This document shows, one piece after another, positions 29,583 to 39,112 of a stretch of 64,000 nucleotides of DNA (its first letter is position 1; each line of letters begins with the position of its first letter). A program made the position numbers and the translations under genes. Origin of the DNA: Treponemataceae bacterium. GTDB lineage: Bacteria > Spirochaetota > Spirochaetia > Treponematales > Rectinemataceae. The notes beneath the pieces are model-generated. The model had not been told where the DNA came from, ran no database searches, and was given only the letters and a program-made list of their open reading frames with translations. The stretch is taken from the NCBI GenBank assembly GCA_963667725.2, contig CAXXHO010000003.1, positions 1,152,001 through 1,216,000 of the forward strand. Direction: 5' to 3'.

Positions 29583-30116
29583 CTACCTCCTGCCGATGAA
29601 AGCATCGGCGATGATACGGGCTATCTGCTCAGCGTCCCAGCGTTCCGTATCGATAACCAGGTTGGCGCTGGAAACGTCGTCCGTATCGATTCCATACGTC
29701 TCCTTGTAACGCCTGTGGTCCCGTATGTCCCTCTGCGCGGTAAATGCGGCGATTTCGTCCCTGCTGCCGCCCTCCCGGGCATGAATCCTGTCTACGCGCA
29801 CGCTCGGGCTGGCCTTGAGGTATACCCTCAAGGAGGCGTTGGGCAGGAGCCACATGGCGAGACGGGAGCCGATGACGCAGTCTTGTTTTTGCGCCAGCTC
29901 CACTTGCCGCGAATCAAGAAGCCGATCCCAGGAAGAGTCTTCCTCGGCGAGAGCCAGGATTTCGGCCAGACTTTTGCCTTCCTCCTCGGCGAGTTTCCTG
30001 AATGTATAGTTGATGAATTCGCATCCGAGTATCTGGGCCACTCGTTTTGATACGGTAGTGTTTCCGCATCCGGATTTCCCCGAAATAGCGATAATGGCGG
30101 CCTGCGTTTTTTTCAT
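29583..30116 (-). CDS. Archaeal-type cytidylate-kinase-like NMP kinase (cmk2)
   Basis: ISGKSGCGNTT, GSRLA.W, RYKETYGID, DT.R motifs; 177 aa. Confidence 0.85.
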   Translation of the reverse strand: MKKTQAAIIAISGKSGCGNTTVSKRVAQILGCEFINYTFRKLAEEEGKSLAEILALAEEDSSWDRLLDSRQVELAQKQDCVIGSRLAMWLLPNASLRVYLKASPSVRVDRIHAREGGSRDEIAAFTAQRDIRDHRRYKETYGIDTDDVSSANLVIDTERWDAEQIARIIADAFIGRR

Positions 30117-30979
30117 TCCACGTTCCTCAACTGCTCCCTGATATTTTCCAGGGAATCTTTCATTTCCACGGCAGCATGCGCCACGGCCACAAGCGTGTTC
30201 TTGGATCCGATAGTGTTCGTCTCCCTGTTCATTTCCTGGCAGAGAAAATCCATTTTCTTGGCGGGAGCTTCCTCGAACGCCATGGCTCTGAAAGCCTCGA
30301 TATGCGCGTCCAGCCTCGACACTTCCTCATTGATGGTCAGCCGAACCAGCTGAACGGCGACTTCCTGAAGAAGGCGCTGCTCATCATACCCCTTTGGCAG
30401 AAGCTCTTCGAACCTCGACTGCAACTGCAGCTTGATGGCATTTTCCATCTCGACTACATTTTTCCGTACGATGGTAAGAGCTCCCTCGAAGCGCGCCAGC
30501 TCAGAAAAGATATTCGCCTCCGTGGCCTGGCCTTCCCTTTCCCTGGAGGCTTCGAACTCATCCAGGACGAGACCGATTTCGTCGGCTATCGGCTGCCAGA
30601 TCCTTCCGCCATCGAAATCTTTCTCATAGGAAAGCACGCCCTCGAAGGAGGCTATTTGGCTCAACGAAGGTTTTTCAACCAGCCCGCATGCCGCGGCAAT
30701 TGAAGAAATCGCCTCATAGACCGCTTGAGCTGTATCCACGTCGGGGCGCACGGAGATGGGAATATTCATTTTTTTCAGCCGAAGGCCGAATTCGACCTTT
30801 CCCCTATTGAGGCGTTCCCCCAGCAACTGCTGGATTTTCGGTTCAAACGAGGATACCTGCGGCGGCAGGGAAATGGAGATGTCCAAATAGCGGTTATTGT
30901 AGGATTTCAGCTGGACGCTTCCGGCGATTCCATCTCTGTCAAATTCTCTCTGCGCGAAACCGGTCATGCTTTTAAGCAT
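30113..30979 (-). CDS. yicC: YicC/YloC-family endoribonuclease
   Basis: MLKSMTGF, DFLCQEMNRETNTIGSK, IREQLRNVE. Confidence 0.94.
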   Translation of the reverse strand: MLKSMTGFAQREFDRDGIAGSVQLKSYNNRYLDISISLPPQVSSFEPKIQQLLGERLNRGKVEFGLRLKKMNIPISVRPDVDTAQAVYEAISSIAAACGLVEKPSLSQIASFEGVLSYEKDFDGGRIWQPIADEIGLVLDEFEASREREGQATEANIFSELARFEGALTIVRKNVVEMENAIKLQLQSRFEELLPKGYDEQRLLQEVAVQLVRLTINEEVSRLDAHIEAFRAMAFEEAPAKKMDFLCQEMNRETNTIGSKNTLVAVAHAAVEMKDSLENIREQLRNVE

Positions 30980-32483
30980 CGCTATGTTCCTTTTTCCTCA
31001 GCTGTTCAAGCATCGTTCTCCCTAACTTCCAGTTGTCGCCCGCTCCCATGGTTATGAAAAGATCGTTCTCATGGATAAGGGGTAAAAGCTTAACCGAAGT
31101 ATCCTGGTGTTTTTGCTCATACATTATGAAGCCGCGGTTGATGTCCGATTTTTTTCCATCGGACAGATCGACGAGATCCTTCCTGCGAGCCTTCACCTTT
31201 TCGAAAAGGTTCCTGCCGCTGACGGATTCCACCGGCTTCTCTCTCGCCGAAGCGTATATGTCATGAAGGACGACGCAGTCCGCATCGTCCAGGCTCTCAG
31301 CGAATTCGTCCATAAGCGCTATTGTTCTGGAATAGGTATGGGACATGAAATCGACGATGAGTCGCCGCGATGGCCAGAAAGCCTTGATGCCCGCTATGGT
31401 CGCCTTCAGGGCCGTAGGATGGTGGGCATAATCATCCATGATGAGGACGTTTCCCGCTTCTCCCACAATTTCGCTTCTGCGTCGCGAGCCCTTGAACTCT
31501 CCCAGCGCGGCCCCGGCCTGCTCCCACTGCCCCTTAGTCCAATCATCGCCCTTTTGCGAATCCCTTACGATATCGTGAACGAGAGCCAGGGCTCCCGCCG
31601 CGTCGAGGACGAGATGCCTCCCCGGCACATGAAGCTCAAAGCCCGCCTCGCGGGCTCCCAGGGTAAAAGAAGTATGCCCTTCCCCCGTGACGCATGTCCT
31701 TACCTTCCATGGCCCATCGGCGGAAAAGCCATAGGGCGCGAAGCGCAGGTCCGGCCTCTTCGCCTTCGTGAAAGCGGCCACAGCCCCGGCTCCAGGGTCG
31801 TCGGCGCAGTACACGAGGAGACCTCCGACGGGAAGCGACATGACATAGTCGCGAAACGCCTCTTCTATCGATTCGTAGGTCGGATAGTAATCCTGATGGT
31901 CGCTCTCGACGCTCGTGAGAAGGATGCGGCGGGGGGAAAAGTACATAAAATGCCGCTTGTATTCATCGGTTTCCGCGACGAAATAACGTTGTCCCCTGAT
32001 CAAGGTGCACCGGTCGCCGAACGAGGACACCGCCGATCCGGTGAGGACCGTCGCGGGGGCGCCCAGGGCGGCGAGCATGCTTCCGGCCATAGCCGTCGTC
32101 GTCGTCTTGCCGTGGACGCCGGAAATGCCGCTTGAATCGCTCATCCTGGACAGGGCTCCCAGAGCCTGGGCAAAACTGAACATGGGCAGGTTCCTTCGCG
32201 CGGCCTCGGCCATTTCAGGATTAGAAAGAGGATTGTAGGCATCGGAAAAAATGACAAGGTCCAGATCCGTTCCGATATGGGCGGCGTCGAACGATTCCTT
32301 CACGTCCATATGGATGGATCGGAGTATCGCGTCGGTATAGAAGGTGTCCGGCACATCGCTGCCCGAAAGCGCGGCGCCCTTGGCGGCGAGTATTTCGGCG
32401 AGGGCGGCCATGCCCGTTCCCTTGGCGCCTATGAAGTGTATGCGTTTCCCCGAAAGGTCATCTGGAAATAACTGTTCTGGCAT
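30972..32483 (-). CDS. murC: UDP-N-acetylmuramate--L-alanine ligase
   Basis: HFIGAKGTGM, GVHGKTTT, DDYAHHPT, TMGAGD. Confidence 0.94.
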   Translation of the reverse strand: MPEQLFPDDLSGKRIHFIGAKGTGMAALAEILAAKGAALSGSDVPDTFYTDAILRSIHMDVKESFDAAHIGTDLDLVIFSDAYNPLSNPEMAEAARRNLPMFSFAQALGALSRMSDSSGISGVHGKTTTTAMAGSMLAALGAPATVLTGSAVSSFGDRCTLIRGQRYFVAETDEYKRHFMYFSPRRILLTSVESDHQDYYPTYESIEEAFRDYVMSLPVGGLLVYCADDPGAGAVAAFTKAKRPDLRFAPYGFSADGPWKVRTCVTGEGHTSFTLGAREAGFELHVPGRHLVLDAAGALALVHDIVRDSQKGDDWTKGQWEQAGAALGEFKGSRRRSEIVGEAGNVLIMDDYAHHPTALKATIAGIKAFWPSRRLIVDFMSHTYSRTIALMDEFAESLDDADCVVLHDIYASAREKPVESVSGRNLFEKVKARRKDLVDLSDGKKSDINRGFIMYEQKHQDTSVKLLPLIHENDLFITMGAGDNWKLGRTMLEQLRKKEHSDA

Positions 32484-32488
32484 AGCCT

Positions 32489-32518
32489 ATTGTAGGAGAA
32501 AACCTTCCGAATGGGCAA
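32489..32518 (-). promoter_or_regulatory. Sigma70-type promoter of murC (leaderless candidate)
   Basis: TTGCCC-18-TACAAT, 5 nt before ATG. Confidence 0.6.
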
Positions 32519-32545
32519 GCTGGCAAAGAGTATGGTCGTATGGTT

Positions 32546-34498
32546 TTAAAAATGAAGCGAAAGGGAGAAGGTGGCGCTGGAATCGGCGGACAGCTCAGTG
32601 TCCCAGCCGAAAAGCATGCGTGTTCCCTGATAGAGGGCCTCGCCTTTTCCGGTGGAGGTATCGGAATTCATGTGTCCATCGTGCAGCCTGATGATCTGGG
32701 GAGTCTCCAGTCTGTCCATCGCATGCTCCATGCGCATCTGGAAAGGCTTGTCCGATCTTATTTCGACCAGTTCCTTTCCCTGGAGCATCTGGAAGGTGAT
32801 GGCTTCCGCGGCAAAGGAGGAAGCATGTTCGAGCGGAGGGATTTTTTCCTTCTCTCTTCCCGCCGAGGAGAAAATTTCCATATCTTCCCAGCTCGCCGCG
32901 GGCTGGAGATTCACTTCCAAGGCATATCGCAGGGGAATTTGGTGCTGTGAGCGATTGACCAGTTCGATATCGACGCTGATGCAGTATTTCTGGAAAAAAT
33001 AAGCTTTCTTTATGGCCAGGGGATGGAGGGAGGATCCCGACTTGAGCGCGAACTCCTTGCTGAAAACCACCTTGCAGGGACTTTTCTCTCTTTCGAGCGT
33101 CGAGTAGGTCTGCAGGCCAAGGTTTATACGTTCGTCGTCATAGGAACCGATGCCGAAAATCCTGTCCACAAAACTGCTCAAGGATCGCAGGGGGTCGTCG
33201 TTATAGACGCAGCAGTAATTCTGCTTATTCCTGAACGAATCGATTTCGAATACGGACGCGCCTTTTTCGTGTATATAGCAGTTCATATCGGCGGCCTGGT
33301 AAAGCGTCTCCCTGTCTCCGTCGCAGTCGATGTCGTCCAGTATTATGCCCGGGCTGAAACTTCCGTGTATCCTCGTGGCTTTTTCCGCCTCGATAAGCGA
33401 TCGGTAGGCATTGATCCTCACTTCCGGTCTTCTTATTCCTCCCACGCCGCTTTCCCAGTACGCATCGCCGTTCTGCGCCTTCCATAAATCTTCCTGGGCG
33501 CTTTTCTTCCTTGCCTTGTCGCCCCGCAGCAGCGTCATGAGCGAATGGACATGATACATCTTGTCGTAGAGGTGCTTGCTCGAGGGATTCCGCAGGATGA
33601 GCTGCTTGGCCAGGTACGGCGCGCGGAGCCTACGAGATTCCGCGTCCGCGATTTTATCCTCGAACCCCACGCCCAGCCGCTTGGAGGCGCAGGATGAAAG
33701 ATAGAAGAGTCTGGCGTTTTTCAAGGTTCGCGCATAAGCCTGGGCCGAGACCGTTTCGACGAAAAGGCAGTTTTTTTGGAACCAGGCGAAGGACTTTTCG
33801 AACATGACATCGGGGGACTCGAGACCTGAGGCTTCCCACATCCCCGGCACGGACTGACCATCGACCATCATCGTGTAGAGGCGGCCTTCGGGATGCTCCA
33901 GCATGAGGCGCTCGAGCGCCGATTCGAAAGGTATGGGCGTGCCGAAGGTTTCTTCGAGATCGAATACGGGGAAAATATAGAGCAGTTTTCTTTGATCCTC
34001 GGTGACGAGGGGCGTAAACTGGCCCGATTCTATGAAACCAGCTTCGGAAAGAATTTTAGCGGGTAAAAAGGAATAGTTCAGGCCCGAATTGCGGAATATG
34101 ATCGGAAGCCCTGCATCCCAGGAGTACTCGTAAAGCCAACCGCCGGATGGGCGTTTGCCGAAGGTCTTCCGCAGATAGGTAGTCAGCATTTCTATCTGGC
34201 CGACTTTATCGGACGGCTGAAGGATGGGGAAGAGCGGACTGAAATATCCTCCGCCCAAGAGTTCAATCTGCTTCCGGTCGGCCATCTCTTCCAGAAGGAG
34301 TATAAATTCGGGATGGTTTTCCTCAATCCATTGCAGGACGACTCCCGAATAATAAAGAACGGCTGAAATATTCTGGAATTTATAGAGGCTCGAAAGAAAT
34401 GGTCGCCACGAACGCTGGTAGGTAAGTTCGAAGACTTTCCCCGAAGTGCCGTCCGGCATGGTGTTGTATGTCCCAAGAATGACTTTCGTGCCTTGCAT
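32546..34498 (-). CDS. GH57 alpha-amylase/4-alpha-glucanotransferase-like protein (DUF1925/1926)
   Basis: IELLGGGYFSP, GGWLYEYSW, AQNGDAYW...GGI, D.DCDG.RE. Confidence 0.8.
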   Translation of the reverse strand: MQGTKVILGTYNTMPDGTSGKVFELTYQRSWRPFLSSLYKFQNISAVLYYSGVVLQWIEENHPEFILLLEEMADRKQIELLGGGYFSPLFPILQPSDKVGQIEMLTTYLRKTFGKRPSGGWLYEYSWDAGLPIIFRNSGLNYSFLPAKILSEAGFIESGQFTPLVTEDQRKLLYIFPVFDLEETFGTPIPFESALERLMLEHPEGRLYTMMVDGQSVPGMWEASGLESPDVMFEKSFAWFQKNCLFVETVSAQAYARTLKNARLFYLSSCASKRLGVGFEDKIADAESRRLRAPYLAKQLILRNPSSKHLYDKMYHVHSLMTLLRGDKARKKSAQEDLWKAQNGDAYWESGVGGIRRPEVRINAYRSLIEAEKATRIHGSFSPGIILDDIDCDGDRETLYQAADMNCYIHEKGASVFEIDSFRNKQNYCCVYNDDPLRSLSSFVDRIFGIGSYDDERINLGLQTYSTLEREKSPCKVVFSKEFALKSGSSLHPLAIKKAYFFQKYCISVDIELVNRSQHQIPLRYALEVNLQPAASWEDMEIFSSAGREKEKIPPLEHASSFAAEAITFQMLQGKELVEIRSDKPFQMRMEHAMDRLETPQIIRLHDGHMNSDTSTGKGEALYQGTRMLFGWDTELSADSSATFSLSLHF

Positions 34499-34542
34499 GT
34501 ACCTTATACCTTACGCGTGATCAATCGATTCTATACTACATG

Positions 34543-34651
34543 GAATGCCCAGGAAAAGGGCATTCTCGATGATTGCCTCAATTAGCATGAATAGCCTCAT
34601 TCATGGCGTTGTCATACATAACTCTATATTTCAATATTTGTATGACAACGC
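34543..34651. repeat. Array of three inverted repeats
   Basis: gaatgccc/gggcattc; catgaat/attcatg; gcgttgtcataca-N20-tgtatgacaacgc. Confidence 0.85.
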
Positions 34652-34673
34652 ATCATTGGCGGACAAGAATTAA

Positions 34674-35147
34674 TTACAGTCTGCAAAAAGCAAAAGCGAT
34701 GCAGAATCCGAGAACCGAACCGACCAAAACTTCAGGCCAGGTATGGCCATGGACTTCCTTGACGGAATCGTACTTGATGCCGAGGCGTAGAGACAGGTCG
34801 TTGCCAAGTTTGTTCAGAACCTTGGACTGCAGGCCGGCCGACCGGCGTACGCCGAGCGCGTCGCGTATAACGATGAGCGAAAGAAATAACGACACGATAA
34901 AGAGATCGGAGAATCCTTGGGTGAGGGCTACCGCCGCGCTGATGGAAATTGCCACGGCTGAATGGCTGGATGGCATGCCGCCCGTTCTCCAGAAGAAAAT
35001 GAGCATGGCTTCGCGAAGGGCTTCCCGGCGCGCTTTTACGAGCGATATGACAGCTTTTATGAACTGGGCGATGAGAAGGCTGAACAGAGCGGAGAGGAAG
35101 ATTGGGTTTGAAAAGAGTGTCTGAAGGTCAACGGCGTTGTTTCTCAT
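34674..35147 (-). CDS. Divergent PAP2-family (DUF212) membrane protein
   Basis: GGMPSSHSA, DALGVRR.AG, GHTWPEV. Confidence 0.92.
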   Translation of the reverse strand: MRNNAVDLQTLFSNPIFLSALFSLLIAQFIKAVISLVKARREALREAMLIFFWRTGGMPSSHSAVAISISAAVALTQGFSDLFIVSLFLSLIVIRDALGVRRSAGLQSKVLNKLGNDLSLRLGIKYDSVKEVHGHTWPEVLVGSVLGFCIAFAFCRL

Positions 35148-35214
35148 CGCTTCCGAAGTTTCACGTTCTGAAAGCTCTATGTCAAGCCTCGATGGTCTTT
35201 TGTCCCGAACTTCA

Positions 35215-35243
35215 TTGACCCGCGCTGAGCCGATCTATAGTAT
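35215..35243 (+). promoter_or_regulatory. Sigma70-type promoter of the rlu-hflKC operon (leaderless candidate)
   Basis: TTGACC-17-TAGTAT, 6 nt before ATG 35250. Confidence 0.6.
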
Positions 35244-35249
35244 GAGCTC

Positions 35250-36260
35250 ATGGTTTCCGTATTCAAAATGCCCGTTGGACAAAACGATATCGGCAGGAGG
35301 CTCGATAAAATCTTAAGGATAGTCCTTAAGGATATGCCTATCTCCGCAATCCATAAAGCGCTGAGAAAAGGCGACATCCGCGTCGGCGGCGCGCGCCAGC
35401 CGCCCGAATACCGCTGCCGCGAGGGCGATATAATCGAATTCAGCCGTGTCATCCAAATTCCGGGCGGGGCGCCGGAAACAAGAGGCATCGAGCGTCTCTC
35501 GGGAAATCCTCCTGTCCTGCTGGAAACCGCCGATTTTCTTTTTTTGAATAAATCGATGGGCGTTCTCGTTCACGACGACGCTGGCAGCCTCGACGCTTTG
35601 GTCAGGTCTTACCTGGCGGGAAAACTGGGAGACTCCCTGGCCTTCACTCCCGGCCCTCTTCATCGCCTCGACAGGAATACTTCGGGCATCATCGCTTTTT
35701 CGCGGAGTATCGAAGGAGCCAGGGTCTTCTGCGAGGCACTCGGGAAAGGCTCCATCCATAAGACATATATCGCTATTCTGGAAGGCGAGTTAACATCGCG
35801 CACAACGTGGAAGGATAGAATTGAAAGGGATTTATCGCTGCGGAAAAGCTTCATACGCGGCGATTCAGAGCCCGAGGGCGCCGCCCTCCAATCTTCCGAA
35901 CTCAAGCCCTCAACAGCCGAGGAGCCGCGGGAAGCCATCACCGAAGCCTTTCCCCTTGGCTGTAGGAACGGGCTAACCCTCGCCGCCCTCAGGCTCGGTA
36001 CTGGCCGCACGCATCAGATCAGGGTACAGGCGGCCTTCCATGGCCACCCTCTCCTCGGGGATTCCAAATATGGAGGAAAGCGAAGCGAACAGCCTTATTA
36101 CCTCCATGCCTGGGAGCTGCGTTTCGAAAACAAGCCTTTCTCCGACGTTCCCCTGTCGCTTTCGGCTCCGCTGCCTATTTATTTCGTAAAAAAAATTGAA
36201 TCCTGTTTTTCTATGGATGAAAAAGAAGTATGTTCATCGCTGAGGCAATTCAGATTCTAG
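35250..36260 (+). CDS. RluA/RluC-family pseudouridine synthase
   Basis: S4 domain, HRLDRNTSG, TGRTHQIR, GHPLLGDSKY. Confidence 0.93.
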   Translation: MVSVFKMPVGQNDIGRRLDKILRIVLKDMPISAIHKALRKGDIRVGGARQPPEYRCREGDIIEFSRVIQIPGGAPETRGIERLSGNPPVLLETADFLFLNKSMGVLVHDDAGSLDALVRSYLAGKLGDSLAFTPGPLHRLDRNTSGIIAFSRSIEGARVFCEALGKGSIHKTYIAILEGELTSRTTWKDRIERDLSLRKSFIRGDSEPEGAALQSSELKPSTAEEPREAITEAFPLGCRNGLTLAALRLGTGRTHQIRVQAAFHGHPLLGDSKYGGKRSEQPYYLHAWELRFENKPFSDVPLSLSAPLPIYFVKKIESCFSMDEKEVCSSLRQFRF

Positions 36261-36272
36261 GAGGGGACAGAC

Positions 36273-37253
36273 ATGCCCGATCCGGTATTCAAGCCAAAAA
36301 TGCCCAAAATCAAGCTCAACGCTCCCGTAATCATCATCGCGGCCATAGCGGTCGCTTTGATCCTCTTCCTGTCGACAAGCTTCATCGTCGTCGATCAGAC
36401 AGAGAACGCGGTAATAATGACGTTCGGCAAATATTCCAAGACATTGGGCGCGGGACTTCACTACAAACTTCCGTTCGGCATACAAAAAGCTTATCTTGTG
36501 AAGACGAAGGTCGTGCAAACCGAGACCTTCGGTTTTAGAACCATAAAAAGCGGCGTCAACACGCAGTATTCCGACCAGAAATTCCCGAACGAATCAACCA
36601 TGCTGACGGGCGATCTCAATATCGTCGATGTGGAATGGATCATCCAGTATAGGATTACTGATCCGCGAGCATGGCTCTTCAATGTGTCGGATAAGCAAAA
36701 GACCATCAGGGACATATCCCAATCGGTCATCAACCGCCTCATCGGCGACCGCCTGATACTGGGCGTCATTGGACCTGACCGGCAGAGCATCCAGGACAAC
36801 GCGGTACAGATGATGAACGGAATCTTCAAAAAATATGATCTTGGAATAGAGATAACGCAGGTCCAGCTTCAGAACATCGTGCCTCCGAGCGGCGTGCAGG
36901 ACGCCTTCGAGGATGTCAACAAGTCCATACAGGACATGAATCGCCTCATCAACGAGGGCAAGGAAGCCTATAACGCAGAAATCCCGAAAGCCAAAGGCCA
37001 GGCCGACCAGATTCTCGAAATCGCCCAGGGCTACTCGACCGAACGCGTGAACATGGCAAAGGGCGACGTGGCGCGTTTCGTCTCGGTTCTGGACGAGTAC
37101 CGCAAATCCCCAGACGTTACAAGAAAGCGCCTGTATTACGAAATGATGAACGAAGTCTTCTCGGGCAGTACGGAGGTGGAGCTGATCGACAAATCTTTCA
37201 AGAATCTCGTTCCGCTCAAGATCCTCGATGCGCCCAAGGAGGCAGCCAAATGA
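36273..37253 (+). CDS. hflK: FtsH modulator HflK
   Basis: SPFH domain, MLTGDLNIVDV, YRKSPDVTRKRLY. Confidence 0.95.
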   Translation: MPDPVFKPKMPKIKLNAPVIIIAAIAVALILFLSTSFIVVDQTENAVIMTFGKYSKTLGAGLHYKLPFGIQKAYLVKTKVVQTETFGFRTIKSGVNTQYSDQKFPNESTMLTGDLNIVDVEWIIQYRITDPRAWLFNVSDKQKTIRDISQSVINRLIGDRLILGVIGPDRQSIQDNAVQMMNGIFKKYDLGIEITQVQLQNIVPPSGVQDAFEDVNKSIQDMNRLINEGKEAYNAEIPKAKGQADQILEIAQGYSTERVNMAKGDVARFVSVLDEYRKSPDVTRKRLYYEMMNEVFSGSTEVELIDKSFKNLVPLKILDAPKEAAK

Positions 37254-38230
37254 AAAAGACACTGATATTCGCGGCGGCGCTGGCTGTCATCGTCATTGGC
37301 GTAATAATTATCGGGCCTTTTTTCATCCTCAACGAAGGCGAGCAGGCAGTGGTCGTCCGTTTTGGCAAGATCGTCAAGACACATACTGACGCAGGCTTAA
37401 AACTTAGGAGTCCTTTCGTCGATAATGTCATGAAATTTCCGAAAAAACTCCTCTCCTGGGATGGCGAGAAACAGCGCATACCGACCAAGGAAAACCAGTT
37501 CATCTGGGTGGACACCACCGCCCGATGGCGAATCGTCGATCCGGTGAAGTTTTATGAATCGGTAAGCAGTCTCGAGAATGCCTATGGCAGACTGGATGAC
37601 GTCATCGACTCCGCAGTCCGTACCGTCATCTCGTCCAACTATCTCAGGGAAGCCGTGCGGAGCACCGACGAGCTCATGAATTCCAGCAACCTGGAGACTT
37701 TCCAGACCGGGGAATCGGTGGGATCCACCTCGCTGGAAGAACTCACCATTTCGGAAACTCAGTTTGAAAAGATAGAAAAAGGCCGCGAAATGCTGTCTGA
37801 TGAGATGATAAAGATCGTCGCGTCCATCGCCCCCGAGTATGGAATCGAGGTCCTGGATATCGTGCCCAGGCAGATAAAGTATTCGGAAGAACTGACCGAT
37901 AGCGTCTACCAGCGGATGATCAAGGAAAGAAGCCAGATAGCCCAGGCTTTCCGCTCCTACGGCGAGGGCAAGAAGGCTGAATGGCTTGGAAAGCTGGAAA
38001 ACGAGAAACGTTCCATACTTTCCTCCGCGTACGAGAAATCGGAAACCCTCAAGGGCAAGGCCGACGCCACGGCCACGAAAATATTCGCCGAATCCTATGG
38101 CAGGGATCCTTCATTCTTCGAGTTCTGGAAGGCCATGGAATCCTACAAGGCCACAGTCCCGGGCTTGAAGAAGACGCTTTCCACCGACATGGACTACTTC
38201 AAGTATCTGTATAGCCCCACGGGGCGCTGA
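37250..38230 (+). CDS. hflC: FtsH modulator HflC
   Basis: SPFH domain, VYQRMIKER, DPSFFEFW. Confidence 0.95.
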   Translation: MKKTLIFAAALAVIVIGVIIIGPFFILNEGEQAVVVRFGKIVKTHTDAGLKLRSPFVDNVMKFPKKLLSWDGEKQRIPTKENQFIWVDTTARWRIVDPVKFYESVSSLENAYGRLDDVIDSAVRTVISSNYLREAVRSTDELMNSSNLETFQTGESVGSTSLEELTISETQFEKIEKGREMLSDEMIKIVASIAPEYGIEVLDIVPRQIKYSEELTDSVYQRMIKERSQIAQAFRSYGEGKKAEWLGKLENEKRSILSSAYEKSETLKGKADATATKIFAESYGRDPSFFEFWKAMESYKATVPGLKKTLSTDMDYFKYLYSPTGR

Positions 38231-38252
38231 TTCGCCGGAACGCGGGAGAGTT

Positions 38253-38275
38253 AGCGGCTAAAGCCGCTTTGTTTT
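38253..38275 (+). terminator. Terminator after hflC
   Basis: agcggctaaagccgct followed by ttgtttt. Confidence 0.55.
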
Positions 38276-38281
38276 CCGATA

Positions 38282-38962
38282 TCATCTGAACAGGGAAGCC
38301 CTGACGAGTCTTTTTTCGTCAGGGCTTTCGTTTAGTTCCAGAATGGCGTGACTGCCGCAGCTGCAGGGACCGGGATTGATGACGAGGGTCCCGTCCTCGA
38401 GCGAGACGCAGCGGGACTCGTGTATATGACCACAGATCCACACATCGGGACCATATTCCACCATCGCTTTCGCGAATTCTTTGCTTCCCACATGCATTTC
38501 TCCATGCCTGTCGGCGTTCGTGCCATAGGGCGGCGTATGGGTAAGAACAATCACCGGCTTTTTTCGGTCTTCGGAGTAGAGAGGCGACAATTGGGCGGTC
38601 AGCGCTCCATTCAGCTCGCTCTCCGTCCGCTCGAAACTCGTGAGCCCAGCCCTCCGCAGGCCGCCCCCCACGCCCACAATCGAGGCGAAAGGCAAGTCTC
38701 GTTCATACCCTTCGGTTTCTAGGCCTTCAGCCTTGAAAAATGTCCTCACGGACAAAGGATCGCAGTTGCCGGCCACGAGAAATACGCGACGCCGCTTTCC
38801 ATCGGAAAAAAGCGCGTCTATTACCGCCCGCGCGCTTTTCACGTCGCCGAAATTGGTGATATCGCCGGCTATGAGCACGTAATCCAGATTCGGATGCTTG
38901 GCGATTATGGCGGCTGCCATATCCCCGCGGCCATGTATATCTGAAAGCAGGAGGATTTTCAT
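38282..38962 (-). CDS. Metallophosphoesterase (calcineurin-like)
   Basis: SDIHG, AGDIT, GNCD, HTPP, GHIHE. Confidence 0.92.
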   Translation of the reverse strand: MKILLLSDIHGRGDMAAAIIAKHPNLDYVLIAGDITNFGDVKSARAVIDALFSDGKRRRVFLVAGNCDPLSVRTFFKAEGLETEGYERDLPFASIVGVGGGLRRAGLTSFERTESELNGALTAQLSPLYSEDRKKPVIVLTHTPPYGTNADRHGEMHVGSKEFAKAMVEYGPDVWICGHIHESRCVSLEDGTLVINPGPCSCGSHAILELNESPDEKRLVRASLFR

Positions 38963-39112
38963 CACTGTTGCCACCTGTGGTATTTGTAGCTTCCGAAAAC
39001 GCTTCCGTCAATGATGAGGATGGATTCGCTCGAATGTCGGGTTCCGAAAAATGAGGGCAATTCCCTTCCCTACCCCTTGAAATTCATGGCGTTTGCGGGG
39101 AGTATTCCTATT

